DNA from: Ginkgo biloba
Lineage: Eukaryota; Plantae; Ginkgophyta
Assembly: GCA_024626585.2 (NCBI GenBank)
Contig: JANKJI020000004.1
Coordinates: forward strand, 159,375,482 to 159,393,345
Reading direction: 5' to 3'
DNA length: 17,864 bases
Made by a program: the position numbers and the translations under genes. The notes below the pieces were generated by a model, which saw nothing but the letters and a program-made list of their open reading frames with translations, was not told where the DNA came from and made no database searches. Shown piece after piece: positions 13,601-17,864 of the stretch (positions are counted from its first letter, which is position 1; each line of letters begins with the position of its first letter).

Positions 13601-16329
13601 ATCCTTCTAGCATGCTGCTATAATTGGAGAAGTTGTAAGCCGGAAGGCATGGCCTATTTTGTCTTTGTTGGACTCTGTTCCATTATCAATCAAAGCTGTT
13701 ATTTGTGTTCCCAAACAAAGTTTGAACTGAGTGATTTCTAATGAGGTGATTTTGGTTTTTGCTCCTGCGTGAAGCTCTTAATGTGCATGTAAGGAGAAAG
13801 CAAGCTTGCCTGCAGCAAGTGCATCGAGTTTAGCTTAAATTATTTCTAAACAGCAATTTAATTAAGAGCAAAATCTTATACTCATTTTCTGTTAGGGGCA
13901 TCTCCTGTCTCACATTTCATCAAGATAAAGAAACATCTTTTGCACATTAGGTGTGAAACAAAATGGATCAGGTGAAACAAAAATTCATGCAACTATGATA
14001 TCCTTACATGCTTGAAGACTACCTATTTTTATATGGTCAATCAGCCTATCTACCAGTCAAAGCTTGTATATGCTTTGGGAGGCTTAAAGAAAATAAGGAT
14101 GGTGTGATTAGGTGCATGCATAACTAGGTAGCCAGAGAGGGATTAGATTACTGACCATAATCCATCCTTTATGTTGTGTCCCAGCATTATAAAAGTAGCT
14201 CGTCATTGCGAGAATTTGTACGAGAAGAAGGACAACAGGTCCTGCATTTACTGGCTGTTGAAGTAGCAGCTGCAAAAGGCACCAGCACAATATGTATACC
14301 TTTCCGGCAAAATAAATGCAGCTTCTTGTTCCCTCTTCAAGATGAAGTTTTCCAACCTGACTTTTAGAATCTGTCCGATTTTTTTTTTCTGGCAAGTTTA
14401 TAGTCCAAGGAAAAGCTAACAGTGTTGTCAATGCAGTTAAACCAAGAGATACATATACTAGGCGGGCCAATAAAGTTACCCAATAATCCATTAAAGGCAT
14501 GATTTGGTTCTGGCACCACAGAATGTAAATTAATATTAAAAAACCAGACATTAAGATATTTGTAACAATAAAAACTTGGAAACGCTTCCTTGGTTTAACT
14601 GCCAGAAAAGCACCCACTGCTATAAACATTACTAGGAAAACTGAGGCTGTCTGGAAACATTTTATGACATGAGGACCAGTGTTATCAAGCCACTTTGCAA
14701 TATCTGGCAAATAGGCCCAATTAACACCACCTTGATGCCATGCTCTCAACAGTCTTCCAGCAATAAGGACAATCAAAACAGCAGAGATCTGTAAAGCGTT
14801 AATTTGATGGGAAAGTATAGATGCTCCAGATTTATAGCTCAATCTGGAAATACTGTTTAGATTGTTCAACTCACCGCAAGGACTTTGAAAGGAAAAATTC
14901 TCTCTTGCTTTCGATAAATCCTGTGACCAGAAAAACAATTTAAATTTTTGCTTGGGTGAAGAACTCCAAATTTGACAAGTTCTATGAATAAAAGCAAGGC
15001 ACAAAGTTGACAATAGGAAGTGCCACGTAAATTGCTCTTCTTCCACCAAGGAACTAGCTCCCAGGCTAAGTGCATGGATGCAAATCCCTGCACAAGCTAT
15101 TCCACTCTCAAGATGTACAGTGTGACTGACACCCTCCACCCTTAATGCAACGCATTCCGATATTTCCCCAATTGCTTTGCACACTTGGAATGAAATCCAG
15201 AAAAGTGTCAACAGGGACCCAATCATCAAGAACCCTCCCATTGCGAGTAAATGCAACGGCTTCTGCAGCACAAACAATGCATTAGTTTCATGTTACTACA
15301 CCATGATATTTTTCAAATGAAAGCACAAAATATGCAAACAATCACTGATATACTATGCTAAGGAATACCAGGACACACGTAGGTGCATACTGAATGAATG
15401 GACATGTTGCCATACCTCAGTAGCTCCCCTTGATAACCATTCTGATGCAGCTCTTAAGAACTCAGTATAAGCTTCCATTGCAATTTGTGAGTTTTCCACA
15501 TGTTTGATTGGATCTCCACTGCATGCCATGTAGAAACTTGACATTGAATTCTATCATATAGTAGCTACCCATTTCTGAATACTGTGAAGTTGAATTCAGT
15601 TCTTGAAAAGTTTATGGCAGAAACCAAGGCAGAAAATAAAGCTTACATTCCTCTACTTCTGTGTTGGAGTTTCCAAGAAATATGAAGAGAAGCAGCTTTC
15701 CCAAATAAATAGCATAGTTTTGCATCACTTCGTAGAGTGCCTATTTCACTTTCCAACATTTTATCATGGATTTCCTTACCCTGTTCCAGAGATGCCATGT
15801 TGGCACATGCTGGTAGAACACTGACGAACGTAAAGTGATTGGGTTTGATGTCAGTTTGCTGCATTTGGTGAAACAATGCCAACGCCTCATTGGCAAACCC
15901 ATACCTGGAGTAAGCTGCAATCATCACAGTCCATGAGAACACATTTCGTTTATGCATGTCGTTGAAAACCCTGCGAGCATCCAGCAAACTCCCGAATTTG
16001 ACATACATGTGCACCAATGTGTTCCCTAAATATCTGTCTGGCATAAATCCTCGTAGATTGATGTGGGTGTGGACTAATTTACCCTCTGACAACGCTTTCT
16101 TATTAATGCAGACCTGCAAGAGACTAACATATGTAGAAATTCCTACAGACCGGTCCATAACATGCAAAATGTGCAGCGCCTCCTTCAGTCTGCCCTGCAA
16201 ACATAGACTTCTCACATCCTTGGGGTATCCGCAGTTGCCGATGCCTTGGTTTTCAAGAGCACCAGCCGTAGTCTTAGCTGTGCCTTCTGTACGCTGAAGC
16301 TGGGGTATTAGGCCAAGAAGCGATACCAT
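4507..16329 (-). CDS. PIGG: Spliced gene model: PLS-PPR N-terminus fused to the C-terminal membrane half of GPI ethanolamine-phosphate transferase 2 (PIG-G/GPI7); join(16329-15647,15518-15416,15262-14156,7124-7056,6937-6648,4612-4507), 2358 nt, 785 aa
   Basis: All five introns are GT..AG with matching phases (2,0,0,0,2) and the exons have no internal stops. Motifs match plant PIG-G as I recall it: FLRAASEWLS..TEKP, SLGASSLVEEEQFTWHFL, GRLLRAWHQGGVNW, AGHFGLGNSNTLATVDVAGAY, MKNHLFVWSVFSPKYLYVCAT. PIG-G identity is secure. The 5' fusion and the 7124 acceptor are less certain. Confidence 0.7.
5866..6410 (-). mobile_element. Ty3/Gypsy gag relic (retrotransposon gag domain) in the last intron
   Basis: PLPKYSSKVDGSLNDHIHSYLEAC, then frameshifted LFYQTPTSDCVKWYWSLPS*SISS*DDLSTTL and MKQLPREFFKVFTARF. 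Confidence 0.8.
6648..6937 (-). CDS. PIGG: PIG-G exon (GLSSHSTVLSGILAFIITYASP...MKNHLFVWSVFSPK)
   Basis: Acceptor TGGCAG|GGA and donor AA|GTAAGT (phase 2). The HLFVWSVFSPK motif is typical of the PIG-G/PIG-O C-terminus. Confidence 0.93.
7056..7124 (-). CDS. PIGG: PIG-G exon (AAGHFGLGNSNTLATVDVAGAYT), apparently missing its first several codons
   Basis: Not in the ORF track; read by hand. Signature GNSN.LAT.DV.GAY and donor ACA|GTAAGT at 7056/7055. The only phase-0 AG at the junction is a weak AAG|GCA lying in Gypsy-derived sequence. Confidence 0.85.
7125..7258 (-). mobile_element. Ty3/Gypsy integrase zinc-binding-domain fragment abutting the PIG-G exon
   Basis: 7226-7125 translates EFSLQEGLLYINDKLCIL*GECQIPLLREAYASK, which fits the Gypsy pattern .LQDGLLY...LCVP.....LIREAH.S..AGHFG. 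Confidence 0.75.
7475..7610 (-). mobile_element. Possible decayed Gypsy gag fragment
   Basis: WEAC*TMKRQMERR / YVPY / ALIQSSRLFDD resembles W..MK..M..R.VP / L.QGS.SV.DY. Frameshifted and weak. Confidence 0.35.
8711..8724 (-). other. Possible LTR-retrotransposon primer-binding site (TGGCGCCC)
   Basis: The minus strand reads TTTTGGCGCCCCTG next to LTR-like non-coding sequence (8728 to ~9500). TGGCGCC is a common Gypsy PBS start, but the expected CA LTR end reads TA here. Confidence 0.3.
9564..10735 (-). mobile_element. Probable solo LTR (~1.17 kb)
   Basis: The minus strand reads TGTAGGA...TCTAACA (TG..CA, imperfect inverted ends), with a repeat-rich U3-like part and TATA-like CTATAAA at ~9828-9822. 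Its start coincides with the break in the LINE RT. No clean TSD, and the left end could instead be 9541. Confidence 0.5.
10002..10492 (+). repeat. Degenerate ~45-bp minisatellite with about 17 same-strand TTGAC motifs
   Basis: TTGAC at 10002, 10022, 10055, 10099, 10109, 10144, 10154, 10190, 10202, 10248, 10294, 10304, 10388, 10398, 10408, 10428 and 10487. Confidence 0.8.
10736..11090 (-). mobile_element. Non-LTR retrotransposon reverse transcriptase relic (N-terminal RT motifs)
   Basis: SWISNIIQPIFKSGNASNPRKYHTIMI, then GFR*DHQTLDHILT..DFWKDFDIVLRHLLIWRL, a decayed form of W....I.PI.K.G....NYR.I / QxGFR...T.DHI / DF.KAFD.V. Confidence 0.8.
11776..13108 (-). mobile_element. L1-clade LINE ORF2 relic (post-RT region and zf-RVT zinc finger), intronic
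   Basis: LAGKITMVDRIL, KFLWG..LVAWDICTLPKTHGGLGITD..KWMVR, and WLVIHHNLAVKD*L..DPSCVVCQKKELVFHVF. Contains frameshifts and stops. Confidence 0.88.
13110..13345. mobile_element. Possible non-autonomous DNA transposon end (hAT/MITE-like subterminal GGTAC repeats)
   Basis: GGGTAGGATATGGTTGGGATACG..GGGTACAGTACGGGTACAACACAAGTATGTACC looks like CpG-decayed (G)GGTACG repeats. It follows a T-rich/A-rich tract at which the LINE ends. No TIR pair or TSD found. Confidence 0.35.
14156..15262 (-). CDS. PIGG: PIG-G large exon, 369 codons, multiple transmembrane segments
   Basis: Acceptor TTTGTGCTGCAG|AAG and donor ATG|GTCAGT. Motifs SSLVEEEQFTWHFL, GRLLRAWHQGGVNW, WCLLQLLLQQPVNA. Confidence 0.93.
15416..15518 (-). 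CDS. PIGG: PIG-G exon (GDPIKHVENSQIAMEAYTEFLRAASEWLSRGATE)
   Basis: Acceptor TGCAG|T at 15519/15518 completes the phase-2 codon ATT. Donor GAG|GTATG at 15416/15415. Conserved AY..FL..ASEWL motif. Confidence 0.88.
15647..15745 (-). CDS. PIGG: 3' part of an internal PIG-G exon, in frame with the PPR fragment
   Basis: DAKLCYLFGKAASLHISWK resembles the plant PIG-G linker (L.CLF.NAA.LH..WK) that precedes AY..FL..ASEWL. It ends at donor AT|GTAAGC (intron starts 15646, phase 2). The 5' limit is approximate. Confidence 0.75.
15760..16329 (-). CDS. PLS-class pentatricopeptide repeat protein N-terminal fragment (L-S-P motifs plus a truncated L motif)
   Basis: DVRSLCLQGRLKEALHIL leader, then STYVSLLQVC..PDR (L), YLGNTLVHMYVKFGSLLDARRVFNDMHKRNV (S), FSWTVMIAAYSRYGFANEALALFHQMQQTDIKPNH (P), FTFVSVLPACANMASLEQGKEIH (L, cut short). 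ATG context is good (ATAATGG). No E/DYW domain. Confidence 0.93.
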
Positions 16330-16732
16330 TATTTCTTCTGATTCCTTAATTTTTTTTTTTTTTTNNNNNNNNNNNNNNNNNNNNNNNNNNNNNNNNNNNN
16401 NNNNNNNNNNNNNNNNNNNNNNNNNNNNNNNNNNNNNNNNNNNNNNNNNNNNNNNNNNNNNNNNCTGTATTTATCAGATTCATCTCATGCATTGAAGCTG
16501 AAATAACAAAAGCGCAGGGAGCAAAACTATGTTATACAGCCAACAGGAGGACAAAGTGATTAGTCACCATAAAAGGACTAAACAGCAGTAACCAGGAATG
16601 TTTATTTGGGCATAAGAGGGAATGTTACATGGCCTCATTTTTCCTAGTAATGTGGGCATAACAGGGAATGTTTATTTCCCTTTCACATTTTTAATGCTAC
16701 TGCACATTATGGCTTAAAGATTGTTACCTTGT

Positions 16733-16827
16733 GACTGAAAACACACTAAATTCCATATATGTGTGTGCATGCATATAAAAGACTAAAACACCCTGAATTC
16801 CATATATAAGTATGCATGCATATAAAA
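16733..16827. repeat. Two-copy 47-48 bp tandem repeat containing TGCATGCATATAAAA
   Basis: gactgaaaacacactaaattccatatatgtgtgtgcatgcatataaaa followed by gactaaaacaccctgaattccatatataagtatgcatgcatataaaa. Confidence 0.85.
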
Positions 16828-17229
16828 GATTAAGGAAACAGAGAGTATATATTATGTGTAGTGTAACACTATGATAATTGCCCATAGAAGGAATCCACCT
16901 TTTGCATCATCCCATGCTAGCCCATCCCTCACTAGCAGACTAATCTCTCAACCAACCACTTCCATGACATGTTAAATTGTCAATAGAAGATGGAACTTCT
17001 GTGTATCACTGTATGCCTAAGGACAGAGAGCAGGAGAATAAAAGGCTGCAAGTTTGCACTGCCCTGTGAATACCAAGAACTACTTTGCTCTACTGTTCTT
17101 TTCAAAGGTTTGTAAATTATTCTTTTGTACACAATTTATTTTTCCATTGAAGCTATCTATATTTCACATCAATATAATACACTTTCCATCAGATGCCTTG
17201 GACAACATGCTCTTTAGTCATTGTCCATA

Positions 17230-17864
17230 TTATTTTCATCAATTACTACATCTTTGCTAATAATCACTTTATTTTATTTTAGAATGTAGATTTTATATTA
17301 TTTATTTTACTCATCATATCCAACCATTATTCTTTTTTTACTAACCTCTTCTAATTTGTTACTCTTTTCTTTAAGAACCATTGCATAATAGGTGGATCCA
17401 AAAATTCTTAAGTGTCAAACTTTTGGATTTATACTTGTCCAAGATTTGAAAGGTGTGTTTCCCTTGAATGTTACTGTAGGATATCTATTTATCAAATAAA
17501 TAGCTATATTAACTACATATATGAAAAATTTCCTCTCCATCTATTTTTTCTCCAACATAGATCTTGCCATTCCTATCAAAGTTTTGTTGATTGTCTTAGC
17601 TACACCATTTTTTTGCAGTGTAAAAGAATTTGTCAGTTTTCTTCAAATTCCACATGCTCTACAAAATATTTGGAACTTAAATGATGTAAATTCTCCTCCA
17701 TTATCTATTATTAAAGTTTATATTTTGTATCCTACCTCATTTTCAACTAAGGCTTTGAAAATCTTGAAGAAGTTCAATGCCTCTAATTTTTTTTTCAAAA
17801 AGTATCCCTAGAACATTTTGGACCAATCATCAACAAAAGTGAGTAAGTATCATGGTCCTCCCAA
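17230..17864 (-). mobile_element. Ty1/Copia pol relic: integrase core and downstream SH3-like region, several stop codons
   Basis: Hand translation: YLLTFVDDWSK..YFLKKKLEALNFFKIFKALVENE..DNGGEFTS..QKNGVAKTINKTLIGMARSML..YLINRYPT..HLRIFGS..VGYDE..VIISKDVVIDE. Runs off the window end. Confidence 0.92.

Larger units (their letters stand above)
1246..16464. other. Assembly gaps: 1246-1345, 2846-2945, 5326-5339, 5642-5741, 7259-7358, 8449-8548, 11322-11421, 11676-11775, 16365-16464
   Basis: N runs. Eight are exactly 100 nt, which indicates placeholders of unknown size. Confidence 0.98.

Noticed and set aside
13738-13809. Possible alternative terminal exon after TTGCTGCAG (ASLLSPYMHIKSFTQEQKPKSPH*)
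   Set aside because: It is in phase with the 14156 donor but has no PIG-G similarity and a poor pyrimidine tract. It needs RNA evidence.
15956-16297. 113-aa + strand ORF (likewise 14176-14367, 6687-6953, 17521-17811)
   Set aside because: These are antisense shadows of real exons or of the Copia integrase.
15643-16329. Reading this ORF as a complete stand-alone PPR gene nested in an intron
   Set aside because: The last PPR motif is cut short, the final ~35 aa are PIG-G-like, and the stop overlaps a phase-compatible splice donor.
16465-17200. Search for upstream PIG-G catalytic-domain exons (e.g. acceptor-like TTATTTCAG near 16500)
   Set aside because: No frame I read gave PIG-G-like residues.

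Overview
AT-rich eukaryotic (land plant, most likely gymnosperm-type) nuclear scaffold with eight 100-N gaps and one 14-N gap. On the minus strand it carries the C-terminal, multi-transmembrane half of a GPI ethanolamine-phosphate transferase 2 gene (PIG-G/GPI7 family). I can trace it as six GT-AG exons with compatible phases: 16329-15647, 15518-15416, 15262-14156, 7124-7056, 6937-6648 and 4612-4507. The first exon does not begin with PIG-G sequence. About 190 codons of a PLS-class PPR protein N-terminus (ATG at 16329) run in frame, with no gap or splice site, into the tail of a PIG-G exon. This predicts a ~785-aa PPR::PIG-G chimera lacking the catalytic phosphodiesterase domain. A second junction sits at ~7125, where a Ty3/Gypsy integrase fragment (REAYASK-AAGHFG) merges in frame into the PIG-G exon AAGHFGLGNSN at a motif both families share. 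Either junction could be real microhomology-driven shuffling or a short-read assembly chimera, and the sequence alone cannot decide. The long introns and flanks are filled with decayed Gypsy, Copia and LINE relics, a probable solo LTR with a W-box-rich minisatellite, and small tandem duplications. All family assignments come from motif recognition, not from database searches.
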